Below, piece by piece: positions 14,601-29,183 of a stretch of DNA of 64,000 nucleotides. The number at the start of each line of letters is the position of its first letter. The first letter of the stretch is position 1. A model generated the notes under the pieces. The model was not told the origin of the DNA. It did no database searches and saw only the letters and a list, made by a program, of their open reading frames with translations. The stretch lies in the NCBI GenBank assembly GCA_048128005.1, contig JBEUKZ010000019.1:372001-436000 (forward strand), in the 5' to 3' direction. This DNA is from Veleropilina oligotropha. Taxonomy: Eukaryota. A program made the position numbers and the translations under genes.

Positions 14601-14803
14601 AAAGGTTTATCTGTTAAATCATGACTTGTTTACGTCAACTCACAAAGTATGTTTAAATCATGTACTGTGATTTTATTTTGTTCTGTACACATAATAGTAG
14701 TCACAATTTATCTATCAATATTTGAATATGTTATGGAAAACAAATACTAAAATGTCAAATAATTATACTGACTCAGACTGGGTTATTGTAATGATAGTAG
14801 AAC

Positions 14804-14950
14804 CACGGGCCATTGACCCTAACCAGAAATATGAGCGAAATCCATCATCGACTTGCTACCCACCCACTGATTACGTATATTAATCAGTGGGTGGGTAGCA
14901 AGTCGATGATGGATTTCGCTCATATTTCTGGTTAGCGTCAATGGCCCGTG
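14804..14950. mobile_element. Fold-back MITE: 70-bp arms, 7-nt loop, 8-bp TSD AGTAGAAC
   Basis: Arms 14804-14873 and 14881-14950 with one mismatch; AGTAGAAC at 14796-14803 and 14951-14958. Confidence 0.9.
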
Positions 14951-17747
14951 AGTAGAACATACTGTTTATCGAGTAGTCACGCTTTTCTATTAGTCATGAC
15001 TTCAGCATGAAATGTACTAGAAACCAGGTCATTAAAGATGTCAACAGCTAACACGAGTTGTTCGCTCAAGTAACGCTAATGTGACTATTACATGGTGACG
15101 TGCTGGACTCGCTTAACAACCACAACAAGAAGTGTAGGTAACGTACATTAACATTTTACACAACGGCTTCATTCAATTGAGGTTTTCTTTCATGTTTTTA
15201 ATCTTTCTGCCGATCTAACAGCACTTGTGTCATTTTGATCGTAAATCACCCTTATGTATGTATAACATCACAGTTTCTGTATATAATCATTGTGCATTTT
15301 CCATCCATTTAATCTGTACTCAGTCAAATTTACGCTATTGAATCATGTAAGCGATACAATTCAATTTTAATTTATCAGCACCAAATCCACATACAGTCAT
15401 GGACAAAGACAATAAAACATAACATGGTGAAATACATAGGACCGCTCCCGTAGCCGAATTCACATACAATCATGGACAAAGACAATAAAACATAACATGG
15501 TGAAATACATAGGACCGCTCCCGTAGCCGAATTCACTGGATTACCTCTGTATAGCAAGAGATCTAGAGCATTCAACCTCGGCCAATGACATTCTTTAATC
15601 AGTTACCAGTCACAGTTGTCCATCACTGGCCAGAGAGGGCATGTTTTTTCTGGGTGACCAGACTTTACAATATGGACATGTTCTGGTATAATCTTGAAGG
15701 TTAATTAAACTTTATTAAAATTGTTTTTTCCAACTCCTGGGCAAAAGTTTACATGTGAGCATTCTTTTTTTCTTCAATTACAAAAGTTGTTTTTCATGAG
15801 GGATATCAACCCCCCCCCCCCCCCCCCCCCGCCCCTTGTTAATGTAGAAAACCTTGATTGTCATATTCTAGATCATTCCAGACAATGATTCATTGATTGG
15901 ACAAATATGGATGAATCATTGATGTTTAACAATTTGGCAGCAAAGAAGCCTACCAATTTAACTTTAATTATGAATTGAACGATGCTGCATGTGGTCATTG
16001 ATGATAGCATTTATACTTGATGCTGTACAGACAAGTCACAACGCAAACTCACAGACCTACTGATCAGTATTTGTTTTTATAATATTTCTATATTTAATAC
16101 GTTTATAATTTAAATAGATATTTGTTAAATTGTATATTTTTTAAACTTCATTTGACCCATCTATAGTTATTAATAAATAAAAGCGTGACTGTGGTTGATT
16201 CTCTTCAGTTTCTCATGCCAGAGTCGTAAGACACAAACACTCGCTCTATCGGACGTACAGTGTACACGATATGTGATCACATGATCATGCGATGGATGCA
16301 TGATGTCACCATCATGTCTCGACCTTGAGATGCACCTGTCAGTCGCATTGGTGTTACAAATAATGTATACGCTTTGAGCACGCATTTCATATGACAATGT
16401 GTGAGAAAGCGCAGCTAAATCTTCACATTATTATACACAAATCGTGGCAATAGGTGATAATGTGATAGAGGATGTCGCCATCATACATATCATATACAGA
16501 AAACGAATGCGACCGCGAACGCGGTGGTCGCATATGATTGATTGAATACGAAGTACAAGGTACCGTTTATACTGGCTGCGACCACCAATACAGATTGCTT
16601 TCGGTTTGTGCGGAAAGCCGCTGAGATTGCCTCCAGAGCGAATTTTTAGGCATTGGTCGCGCGAACTATGTGTATCAGCCAAAGCTGTCGTTTCTCTTGG
16701 AGTAATTGCCTTCCGCTAGTGAAATGATATCATTATTCAAATATCACCACCATAAGCAGGCGCGGACCAAACATAATAAAATAATATGTAGATATATTAG
16801 TGTCTTTCAGTACATGATAAATATTCAAAAATACTAAATCGAAATTTTATTAGTATTCACAATATTTTAAAATTGTTGTTCATAACATTTATAACAAAAT
16901 ACATATATATATCGTTTGGTTATTATTCTTAAGGTAGGCATACTAGTATTATCCCGAACCCACTCGATCTGACTGTTTACTGGTAAAGTTAAACAATGTG
17001 AAATCGTCGTGTTGTTGGGCCGTAACTAGCGGGAGCTGCTTCCTGAGTTTATATAAATGAAATTCATCAATATTTTCATGGTTGTATTCATGCTGGGGGG
17101 TCGGGGCTGAGAATGACTCCCATTTCGTAACAAAGCGAATGAGCAATAGGTACATTTCATAAGAAATGTCACATTTGCACTCTCAAAATGCTGGAGAGCC
17201 ATTTCACACCGTTAATTATTCAAATTTTTCATATTAAACTTCGACCCCTTTAAAATCCTTGCTTCGATCATTATTATACATGTCCAACCCGCCTCCTGAG
17301 TTTGAATGTATAATACAGTGTCAGTGCATCCACATTCGTCTTCTGAAATCATAGTGACAGAAGTCGCCATATCGCAGTGGTAAATATAAACAAGAACGAC
17401 GCGTTCGAAATATGTCTTGACCTTTCTTTATTTCCCTCAAATTTTCATAACAGTTAATACAATGGCTAAGTGCAAGTACTTCATGGCTTAATTTAATACC
17501 CCGTCGATTGTGACGTCACCAAATGACGATTAATCTAAAGCGACGTCGTAATGACGTCATTGCTATTTGCTTGCAATATTAGACATCCGTTATATACAAA
17601 TATGGATAAAAGTGGATAAATGCATATTTTTGCAAAATTGTGTCGCGAAAGTTATATACACGACCTACAAATACTCTTGGGAATGTGTGTACTAATTTTG
17701 GTAAAAATTGAGCAGGTAGTTTTCAAATAAATCGACGGATATATATA

Positions 17748-19499
17748 CAGGGATGGGAATCTTCAGCGGATCCGCGGAATTCCGCGAATTTTTGGCGCTC
17801 AGGGTCGGTATTGTGAAACGTCCAAATCCGATGAGATATTTTAGGGGGGGTGAGGTCTTTATTTTTGAAAATAGTATCATAAAAATTATTTCAGTAGTAA
17901 AAAGATAATATATATCTTGTATTTTCTTATAAACTACCCACCTTCAGTTCAGATATCAACTGCATTTATTAGCAGTTAACCGTTTTGACTTGGTACGAAC
18001 CAGTTCTTAGACGCAATACCAAATGTAAATGCCGATTTAAACTCGGAAATGTTTGGATATTTTCGGGATTTCCGATCCTTTAGTTTTTCGATTATCGTAT
18101 CGTTTCGTATATTTCCGGGCGCCATGCATTTGACATCGGAAATACCAGAATGGTTTGCACGCTTCAATATCGATTGGATAAAAGGTGACATCGCTCGCAT
18201 TTTTTAACCAATCAAGACTTCGTTAGTAACAGCCTACGTTTGGATATTTTGAGGGAGACGAAGCGATAGTGAAACTAATTGACAAAGATGTACGAATCAA
18301 ATGTCGCTGGACATGGTTAGACAAGACTGTGACGTTAAGTGTCAAAATCAGAAACAACACAGAAGAAGTTGTTGACAAATTATCGGATTATATAGCGAAA
18401 TGTGACCTTCCAGGAAAAGCGCTTTGCACATAGGGGCCTACGACAATGATGTTTTAAACTACCGGTACACTTCTCGCGGATGTGACATTATTAGAACATG
18501 CCAAGAAAGGCAAAACGCACCAAGATAACACGATTCATCGAACCAATTATTCCCTGGGATCAGCGTTTAAGCACTCGTAGTATCTGAAGATAATATAAGT
18601 ACGGAATATTTTAAATTAAAAAAAATGTGGCTCAAAACAATTTATTGTACATCGCAATATTTAAATGATGCTACTATCGTTTTTGGCTCGCATGCAATGC
18701 GAGTCTAGGTATTAATGAGCATGTCGTCTGGCCGTCCGGTTTTTGGATATAATTTCTCAATCATGCTATATAGCAACAATATGCATGTTTTAACATTAAA
18801 AAATGTGTTATACATCACTATGTCATTGTTACCTGGCCCTAAATAAATAATATTGAAATAATATAATTTAAATTTTACTATGAAATGTCAATTTTGAACT
18901 AGAAATTTTCGTTCAAGGTTTTGTTTAAAGTTTTCAAGCATGCTATATGTGCAACAATAGGCATACTTTTGGATCTTTCTTTGTCATCTAACCCTCGGGT
19001 AGAAATATTGAGAGCAATTTAATTGAAATTTACCCATAAATTACCACTTTTGGACTTTGAAATCTACTATTGAATGTGAACACAAGATGAAATATAAGTG
19101 ATTGATGCGCATTTTCATGCATGTGATCCATTTCGAGCTTTTGCTCTTGTCGTTTATAATATTACTCTGGGACTACTCTAGAAGCTTGAAATTTTTTTGA
19201 TCGTAACTGTCATAAGATGTAACATTGTAAGATAATATGTTTAGTTCTTCATATTATGTCACTACTATGGTAATATATGTAGATAATATGGCAAAATTTC
19301 AAGACATAAATTGACCCTAAAAATGCCTGAAATGCTCTCTCCAGCCTTCTAGATACCAAATTTTTTCGGGGGGGGGGGGGATCCCCCCAACCCCCCTTAC
19401 GAGAGGGGCTCCGCCCCTCTCGTGCTCTCCCTTGTCGGGCCTTCGGCCCTCCATGTTTGTATTTTCCTCTGAAAATAACTTTTGCCATTCCCATCCCTG
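17748..19499 (+). mobile_element. Non-autonomous hAT-like DNA transposon, with nested HINE-like repeat at ~18680-19150
   Basis: TIR CAGGGATGGGAAT...ATTCCCATCCCTG; TATATATA on both flanks; decayed transposase N-terminus-like peptide (RWTWLDK...DYIAKCDLPGKALC) at ~18280-18430. Confidence 0.65.
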
Positions 19500-19646
19500 T
19501 ATATATATATATATAAGTATATATGTATATACACACGGACCATTTGATAATGTCTTGTCCTTTTTTACAAAAAGGTCAAGACATAAAAATAGTCGGAAGT
19601 GTTGATCTGATATCCTGAAGTTATGATGATATAGAATTTATGTTGA

Positions 19647-19843
19647 ATAACCACGCTAACAGTATATAAGTCATAAATCGTATCAATAACCACGCTAACA
19701 GTATATAAGTCATAAATCGTATCAATAACCACGCTAACAGTATATAAATCATAAATCGTATCAATAACCACGCTAACAGTATATAAGTCATAAATCGTAT
19801 CAATAACCACGCTAACAGTATATAAGTCATAAATCGTATCAAT
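19647..19843. repeat. 39-bp tandem repeat, 5 copies
   Basis: AATAACCACGCTAACAGTATATAAGTCATAAATCGTATC repeated. Confidence 0.95.
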
Positions 19844-21021
19844 CAACTTTGAATGATAAAATGAATTGGTGAGTTTGTACACCAGCACTATATCCGCTCG
19901 GCCATGCTCATGTTGAAATGAAGCTCCTTTTGTGGTATTTGTCATGAATTTGATGATTTTAATATCTCGTGTACATGTATAAGCCTAATCCCTTGTCTCT
20001 TTTTATTGTCTTCTTCAGTGCAAAGATGCAAATATCGTCAGTGTCTGAGTCTGATGCCATTTTGCCATTAACCTGTATGATAGCTAGTTCATACATTGGG
20101 AAGATAATTAATTAAAACATTTGTATTAACAAGTTGCGTAAAGTTATAGTACACATACCATAGTAAGCATTTGTCTACGATGGGCATGACTGCTATTCCT
20201 ATAAAATAATAGTTAACGAGATCTTGCTTGTTTTTATTTTTGAAATGTAACAACATTTTTATGAATGGATGAAGTTCTGTTTATCAACCATGCCAACAAT
20301 ATTTCATCGAAATAAGATCCATATACTGTACTATAGTGTAATGAAGAAATGAGTTGACGATGTCCTTGGTATATTCACATCGCTCGCCCATCTGAGAATT
20401 GAAGTGGTACATGTCAATATATATTTGTTACTTCATCACTTAAAACAATTCGACCAGACTTGAAAGTACATGTACTAGGTATTAATTATGAATTTTTGTA
20501 TATAGAGAGGATCTTACACGAGTGGTAGTGTAATATCACATTAATGAAACGAGCTTAACTAATTGTCAATTTTTTTACGAGGCTTTAATTGCATTTATAT
20601 TAATAATAGTTAACAAGTTTCATAAATTTATGTGATATTTCACTACCACGAATGTGATGTTCTATTTATCACGTCTGGGTTTTTTATAGAAGCTGGTTAA
20701 AAATTGACATCTTCGCTATTAGAAACTAGAAATGTTAACATTACGGCGCATTGTAATGTGAACTGACGTCATACTCACGCATTACTAAAATAGTGAAATT
20801 TCCTTCGAAATACAATGTTTACGTGCTTGTAAAAGTACAATTAAAGAATAACAAGCAATTATGTGAGGATAAAATGCTGAAACTTTATAAATGTTATCAA
20901 AATGAAATAGAATATTGAATACTATTTGTGCTTAAAATTTAGAATGGTAATCCTAACATATATGTGTGACAGTCACACGTTATCGTCGATTACGTTTTTG
21001 GATTGAGTTTGATCGGAAACA

Positions 21022-21270
21022 GGCCACTTCGGCAGCGCAGTGGGTAGAGTGTCCACTCTAAATTCACTGGCTTGATACCGCTAATGCGAACAGTAGTGGG
21101 TTCAATACCTGGCAGAGGCATTGAAATTTGTTCAAGTTATGAATCACAGTTGTCCGTGACTGGCCGTAGAGGGCAGGTTTACCCGGGCGACCGGGGTTTC
21201 CTCCCGCGATAACATGGACATGTCCTGCCTTGAACCTCGATGTTGTAAATATACAGGACATTAAGCATCA
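21022..21270 (+). mobile_element. tRNA-derived SINE
   Basis: A-box CAGCGCAGTGG and B-box GGTTCAATACC; 3' body TGGCC-AGAGGGC...TGTAAATATACAGGACAT-AAGCATC shared with the copy at ~7330-7390; related heads at ~27135 and ~29795. Confidence 0.6.
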
Positions 21271-22145
21271 TTCCTCCCTATATATTACTTCTTCAAAATA
21301 AATTGAAATTAGTAATTTACTGTAGTTCAATATTACAATTAGCATTTAAATATGACACATTAGAAATATATATATATAACCCCAACAAGTAGCTGCTAAC
21401 TTATAGTGTCATAAAATATATATAGGGTGCTCTTTTGTGTTCAAATTTAGCTCCCATTCACTGAATATAATATAGGCCACCTGGTGTCTTCAACATAAGA
21501 GGTGTCTATTATTAGCGGATCTCATCACTATGCATTGTGTCACCCAATTGATATCTGGCAGTTGACTGCAGGATCTGGGTCAACAAAGGGCCATGTGGTT
21601 GGCGACGGATAACCAATAGGGCAGATGGGGGATGACCAGACCTAAGTCATAACAAAGAAAATAAAGGGTGTTCATGGTTAGACATGAAATAGCAGTAGAT
21701 GGGGGCCTGCTGGTAAGTGAAATTACTGTGTTTGTTAGGTGAAATTTAGATATTATTAAGATTTCATCATTTTGTTTACATTAGATGCTCTGGAATATGT
21801 ATTATCAAATAAACGAAAGAAATATGATTATGTATGTTTATCATTCATTGGTTGTTTATTAATAGGGATGCACATTTATTACTGGCTATAACGTCTCATC
21901 CGAAAGACGGATATGTGCAATGCAGACGAGGTATATCTGTGACAAATTCTCGACAGGGTGAACGATGAACAATGTATCATTGGCATTTTGAATTATGTTA
22001 TGAAACGATAAAAGTATGTGTATCAGAGTGGGCAAGAATATGTTATTTGAAATAAAAATGATTTACTAACTTCAGTTCTCAATTTGACAATATATAATAT
22101 ATATGAACTGCAGGGTTCTCCCCAGCCACTTATAAGGTGGCTGGT

Positions 22146-23785
22146 CTGCCACCCTGTGACCCTTCCCCGCCACCCTATGACCCCTCCATGCCACCCTTTG
22201 ACCCTTCCCTGCCACCCTATGACCCTTCCCTGCCACCCTATGACCCCTCCATGCCACCCTATTACCCCTCCCTGCCACCCTATGACCCTTCCCTGCCACC
22301 CTATGACCCCTCCCTGCCACCCTAGACCCCTCCCTGCCACCCTATGACCCTTCCCTGCCACCCTATGACCCCTCCCTGCCACCCTAGACCCCTCCCTGCC
22401 ACCCTATGACCCTTCCCTGCCACCCTATGACCCCTCCCTGCCACCCTATGAGTCCCTGCCACCATATGACCCTTCCCTGCCACCCTATGACCCCTCCCTG
22501 CCACCCTATGACCCTTCCCTGCCACCCTATGACCCCTCCCTGCCACCCTATGACCTTTCCCTGCCACCCTATGACCCCTCCCTGCCACCCTATGACCCCT
22601 CCCTGCCACCCTATGACCCCTCCCTGCCACCCTACGACCCCTCCCTGCCACCCTATGACCCCTCCCTGCCACCCTATGACCCCTCCCTGCCACCCTACGA
22701 CCCCTCCCTGCCACCCTATGACCCCTCCCTGCCACCCTATGACCCTTCCCTGCCACCCTATGACCCTTCCCTGCCACCCTATGACCCCTCCCTGCCACCC
22801 TATGACCCCTCCATGCCACCCTATGACCCCTCCATGCCACCCTATGACCCCTCCCTGCCACCCTATGACCCCTCCCTGCCACCCTATGACCCCTCCCTGC
22901 CATCCTATGACCCTTCCCTGCCACCATATGACCCCTCCATGCCACCCTATGACCCCTCCCTGCCACCCTATGACCCTCCCTGCCACCCTATGACCCTTCC
23001 CTGCCACCCTATGACCCCTCCCTGCCACCCTATGACCCCTCCCTGCCACCCTATGACCCCTCCCTGCCACCCTATGACCCTTCCCTGCCACCCTATGACC
23101 CCTCCCTGCCACCCTGTGACCCCTCCCTGCCACCCTATGACCTTTCCCTGCCACCCTATGACCCCTCCCTGCCACCCTATGACCCCTTCCCTTCCACCCT
23201 ACGACCCCTCCCTGCCACCCTACGACCCCTCCCTGCCACCCTACGACCCCTCCCTGCCACCCTACGACCCTTCCCTGCCACCCTATGACCCCTCCCTGCC
23301 ACCCTATGACCCCTCCCTGCCACCCTATGACCCCTCCCTGCCACCCTATGACCCCTCCCTGCCACCCTATGACCCCTCCCTGCCACCCTGTGACCCCTCC
23401 CTGCCACCCTATGACCTTTCCCTGCCACCCTATGACCCCTCCCTGCCACCCTATGACCCCTCCCTGCCACCCTATTACCCTTCCCTGCCACCCTATGACC
23501 CCTCCCTGCCACCCTATGACCCCTCCCTGCCACCTATGACCCCTCCCTGCCACCCTATGACCCTTCCCTGCCACCCTATGACCCCTCCCTGCCACCCTAT
23601 GACCCTTCCCTGCCACCCTATGACCCCTCCCTGCCACCCTACGACCCCTCCCTGCCACCCTATGACCCCTCCCTGCCACCCTATGACCCTTCCCTGCCAC
23701 CCTATGACCCCTCCCTGCCACCCTATGACCCCTCCCTGCCACCCTATGACCCTTCCCTGCCACCCTATGACCCCTCCATGCCACC
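22146..23785. repeat. 21-bp C-rich minisatellite (CCCTGCCACCCTATGACCCCT)
   Basis: Direct tandem repetition; explains all ORFs at 22023-23988. Confidence 0.97.
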
Positions 23786-23840
23786 TTTCCACAACTTTTT
23801 AAAAATGACCACCATTCTACATGTACACCCCATAGAAGCC

Positions 23841-23844
<4 letters not shown>

Positions 23845-23887
<43 letters not shown>
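23845..23887. repeat. (TA)n microsatellite
   Basis: Direct observation. Confidence 0.95.
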
Positions 23888-23892
<5 letters not shown>

Positions 23893-24485
23893 ATATATAT
23901 ACATATACATGCATACAAGCATACATACATACACGCATACATACATACACGCATGCGTGCGCCAACACAAGCGACTCCTCCACGACATAATTCCCTCGCC
24001 TTATAATTTCAATCCGGGGAGAACCCTGAACTGTATCAAATGAAGTGAGTGTGTCATCGTGATCTCTGTGTCGGGTGAGGACAATGGTTCATATGGTAAC
24101 ATCATTATGGTAAATTCTGCATACTGCAGTGCATCGAGGCAATGTGGGATCATTTCCATTGACGACTGGTGATTTGTCTGCCATTGCAGCAGACCATCAT
24201 CCTATGCTAACTGTGATACTAAACTTGTTCATTTGTCACTGGAGTTTGAGGTTTAAAGTATAGCTGTAATTAACCACCTTAAGGCGAATTGGGTTTTTCT
24301 TCATCCATCCATCGCGGTCATTGTGCACAGACTCGCTCTACATTCTCATTCATCATCTCATTGTCCGTGTAAACACGGCTTGCATTGCTCCAAAGTCTCT
24401 CGCCTGACTACTCGGATAAACAAATGTTCATTGGAATCAACTCGATGACCACTTTGTGTAATTAACTGTCACAGTTGTCCATAGC

Positions 24486-26342
24486 TGTCCTTATATGGGC
24501 CTGAAGGGTGCCACGATTAAGATGACATGTCCTTATATGGGCCTCAAGGGTGCCACGATTAAGATGACATGTCCTTATATGGGTCTCAAGGGTGCCAAGA
24601 TTAAGATGACATGTCCTTATATGGGCCTGAAGGGTGCCACGATTAAGATGACATGTCCTTATATGGGTCTCAAGGGTGCCAAGATTAAGATGACATGTCC
24701 TTATATGGGCCTGAAGGGTGCCACGATTAAGATGACATGTCCTTATATTGGCCTGAAGGGTGCCAAGATTAAGATGACATGTCCTTATATGGGCCTGAAG
24801 CATGCCAAGATTAAGATGACATGTCCTTATATGGGCCTGAAGGATGCCAAGATTATGATGACATGGGCCTGAAGGATGCCAAGATTAAGATGGCATGTCC
24901 TTATATGGGCCTGAAGGGTGCCAAGATTATGATGACATGTCCTTATATGAGCCTGAAGGGTGCCACGATTAAGATGACATGTCCTTATATGGGTCTCAAG
25001 GGTGCCAAGATTAAGATGACATGTCCTTATATGGGCCTGAAGGGTGCCAAGATTAAGATGACATGTCCTTATATTGGCCTGAAGGGTGCCAAGATTAAGA
25101 TGACATGTCCTTATATGGGCCTGAAGCATGCCAAGATTAAGATGACATGTCCTTATATGGGCCTGAAGGATGCCAAGATTAAGATGACATGGGCCTGAAG
25201 GATGCCAAGATTAAGATGGCATGTCCTTATATGGGCCTGAAGGGTGCCAAGATTAAGATGACATGTCCTTATATTGGCCTGAAGGGTGCCAAGATTAAGA
25301 TGACATGTCCGTATATGGGCCTGAAGGGTGCCAAGATTAAGATGACATGTCCTTATATGGGCCTGAAGGGTGCCAATATTAAGATGACGTCCTTATATGG
25401 GCCTGAAGGGTGCCAAGATTAAGATGACGTCCTTGTATGGGCCTGAAGGGTGCCAAGATTAAGATGACGTCCTTATATGGGCCTGAAGGGTGCCAAGATT
25501 AAGATGACATGTCCTTATATGAGCCTGAAGGGTGCCGAGATTAAGATGACATGTCCTTATATGGGCCTGAAGGGTGCCAAGAATAAGATGACATGTCCTT
25601 ATATGGGCCTGAAGGATGCCAAGATTAAGATGACATGTCCTTATATGAGCCTGAAGTGTGCCAAGATTAAGATGACATGTCCTTATATCGGCCTGAAGGG
25701 TGCCAAGATTAAGATGACATGTCCTTATATGGGCCTGAAGGGTGCCAAGATTAAGATGACGTCCTTATATGGGCCTGAAGGGTGCCAAGATTAAGATGAC
25801 GTCCTTGTATGGGCCTGAAGGGTGCCAAGATTAAGATGACGTCCTTATATGGGCCTGAAGGGTGCCAAGATTAAGATGACATGTCCTTATATGAGCCTGA
25901 AGGGTGCCGAGATTAAGATGACATGTCCTTATATGGGCCTGAAGGGTGCCAAGAATAAGATGACATGTCCTTATATGGGCCTGAAGGATGCCAAGATTAA
26001 GATGACATGTCCTTATATGAGCCTGAAGGGTGCCAAGATTAAGATGACATGTCCTTATATGGGCCTGAAGGGTGCCAAGATTAAGATGACATGTCCTTGT
26101 ATGGGCCTGAAGGGTGCCAAGATTAAGATGACATGTCCTTATATGGGCCTGAAGGGTGCCAAGATTAAGATGACATGTCCTTATATGAGCCTGAAGGATG
26201 CCAAGATTAAGATGACATGTCCTCTTATATGGGCCTGAGAAGGGTACCAAGATTAAGATGACATGTCCTTATATGAGCCTGAAGGGTGCCAAGATTAAGA
26301 TGACATGTCCTTATATGGGCCTGAAGGGTGCTAAGATTAAGA
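24486..26342. repeat. 42-bp minisatellite (TGTCCTTATATGGGCCTGAAGGGTGCCAAGATTAAGATGACA)
   Basis: Direct tandem repetition ending ~60 bp before the ARIH2 acceptor at 26401-26402. Confidence 0.97.
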
Positions 26343-26471
26343 CATTAATAAGTCGTAAATTAAACTCTTATTGATATATATTCATTTTCATTGTCTTTTC
26401 AGACATTCTGAATTCATTTGAATTCATTGGATTAGCTGTTAGGATAGTTTTCAGATTATTTTGGCACGAGA

Positions 26472-26684
26472 ATGTCGACTATGAGCCAGGACTCCGAGTC
26501 GGACTCGGATCGTGGAGGCGAGGAGGATATGTATGATGGTTACTATGACAACCAGGATGATTTTGACATGGAAAAGCCGAAGAAATCTGATGATCCGGAA
26601 TATTTTGAATTTGAACTTTTGCAAGTTGAAGATGTTGAGCGTTTGCTAAACGAGGAAGTAGAAGCTTTATGTCAGTCACAGAAG
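26472..26684 (+). CDS. ARIH2: E3 ubiquitin ligase Ariadne-2, coding exon 1 (acidic N-terminus, DPEYFEF..L)
   Basis: Acidic N-terminus and DPE-x-F motif of ARIH2; AAG|GTATGA donor. Confidence 0.9.
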
Positions 26685-27694
26685 GTATGATATTTAGTGC
26701 ACCGAGAATAGTTTCTAAGTGCGAGCTGGAAAATATATAACTTATTCCTAATACTGATGTTTATCTTGTAAGCTTTAATAATATCGCACTTGACGAATGT
26801 CCATATAAAAGCAGATGCTGCAAATCATATGCTTTCTGCCATTCATTGTTCCACTGTCGCTAAGCATATGAATAACAGTGTGAGTCGCAGATTACAGATA
26901 ATTATAAAAGCAAAAGGAATTGGATGCCTGAAAAGCTGAAGAATAGTATGGCCATATATTGGAATACGTCAACATGTACATGACGTAAATCTGACAAGAT
27001 TACCCCAAATTTAATGTTGTAATATTGGAGAGGCATCTTGATAGCAATAATTAACTTGACAGACATTTTGTCAAATAAGACATGAAGGTTAACAAGCCAA
27101 ATCAAAACAGTAGCTCGTATCAACTAGGCCATTCCGGTAGCTGTGGTCTCGAGTGGCGACTCTGAATTCATGGCTCGATTGCGCTAACCAACAGAAATGG
27201 GTTAGAATCTCGGTAGGGGGAATTGCATTCTTTGTTCAGTTACCATCTCAGTTGTCCGTAACTCCCCGAGCATTATGATAATACTTTATTTATAGAAGGA
27301 GAACAGTTACTATACAACCAATCTTCCCTGAGTCCCTCTCTAGCTAATACGGTATAAAACAAAATAAAAATGAAAACAATAACATTAAACAAATATTTCA
27401 ATACAAGACACTTAATTGCATTTATGAAGAAATAAAATAATATAAATATAGACCAATATATATGGTAATAGTGTGAAATCTAACCAAAAGCAAACAAGAA
27501 GTAATATAAACATTAAGATTCACCTTCTTGTCATCCAAGAACTAAACAGTATATAAATATGTATGTTATGACACTGAATATGCATCTCAAGTTAAAAGCA
27601 TTTTTAAATATAAGTATGATACAGTAATAGTACTGTAATTAAGGTTCAAATAAGAGATGCGCTATGTCAGAAATTAACTAGATATAAATTTGAG

Positions 27695-28694
27695 TTATTG
27701 CATTAAATAACTGGTCATACGTTTTTTTAAAGATCTGCACATTTTCTGAATTTTGTTATTCCAGACTTGAGCTCCTGAATACCTAAATGTCTTCCGCAGT
27801 GATTCAGTGCGCGATTTTGGAAGACATATTTTGTTTAATGTACTAGAATGCAGTTGTTTTTCAGAGGCTTCGTATGAAAATTTATTATAAATATAGCTTG
27901 GCATAAGTTTGTTATTTGCTTTGAACATCATCGTTCCCTTATTAAGTTCTAATCTGTTTTTAAAATTAAGCCAGTTTAGTTTTTTGAATAAATCCATGCT
28001 GCTTGACTCAAAGTTTTCATTTAAAATTATTCGCGCAGCTTGTTTCTGCAACCGTTCAAGGCGAGACAGCTCTTTGGCAGAACAATTTCCCCAGACTGTA
28101 CTGCAATAATCCATGAGGGGAAGTATGTAGCTGTTGTAAAATAATTTTCGATGGGAAATGGGTAAATACTTTTTTATTCTACGTAACAATGAAATTCTTG
28201 ATGATATTGATGAACAAATATGGTTGATGCGACTGTTCCAATTTAGATTTTTGTCAATATACACCTCTAGAAGCTTTTCACTTGAAGAACAAGTAATGTT
28301 ACTTATTGATAAAGATCCAGTTTTCTTTAACATTTGCCTGCTTCCAATTAGCATAGATTTTGTTTTTTTTATTATTAACTACCATTCCATTCAACTTACA
28401 CCATGTATTTACATTTTCTAAATCCATTTGTAATTTACATTCAATGTCATTTTTATCAGGACCTGATGAATGAAGGGTTGTGTCATCTGCATACTGTTCT
28501 GTTTTGCAGAAATTTATATTTAATGACATGTCATTTATAAATATAAGGAACAAGATTGGTCCGAGTATTGAACCTTGTGGAACTCCACATGTTAATGGAA
28601 TGAAAGAAGATTGTGCATCACCAATACATACTTTTTGTTCCCTATTGCATAAATAGGAATGAAATAAGTCATATTCGACTTCGCGTGTTGACAT
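27695..28694 (-). pseudogene. 5'-truncated, frameshifted CR1/L2-clade LINE reverse transcriptase
   Basis: GVPQGSILGPILF, QYADDT, DYCSTVWG, LERLQKQAARII, FRYSGAQVWN split over two frames. Confidence 0.9.
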
Positions 28695-29183
28695 GGAAAT
28701 TGTACATGCATTGAGACAGAGGTTATTATCTACACAATCAGCTCCTCTTCTTTTAAAGAGACTATTAAAAAGAAAACTAACCGTATTACACTTTTTGTTT
28801 ATAACATAAAAAGTTAGGAATTTTCAACAAATCAACGAATCGCTACTGAATATTTAAAATAATTAAACGCGGTCCGCGTTTAATTGCCTTGCACCGAGTG
28901 CAATTCCAATTGACCTAGTCAAGTAGTATAGCTTTCTACTTGACAATAATATATATTGCCCAGTTACAATAATAATTTCAATAAAAGTATCATTTGATCA
29001 TATACGATCATATCTTCGCGAAATTTGTATCAATCTGCGCGAACCGTGCGATAGGGAGTGATCAGTCATGCTACACAGTCACGAAAAGAGTTCATTTATG
29101 GACAATATTCTCTTTAATGAATTAAGATGCAGTTTCTTTTTCATTAATTTACCGTCTCTCAGTACCGTTAATCCACTTTTCAG

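Noticed and set aside
22023..26250. Many long repetitive ORFs (VAGRGHR, PPCHPMT, MGLKGAKIKMTCPY)
   Set aside because: Translations of 21- and 42-bp minisatellites, open in several frames and on both strands, with frame-breaking unit variants
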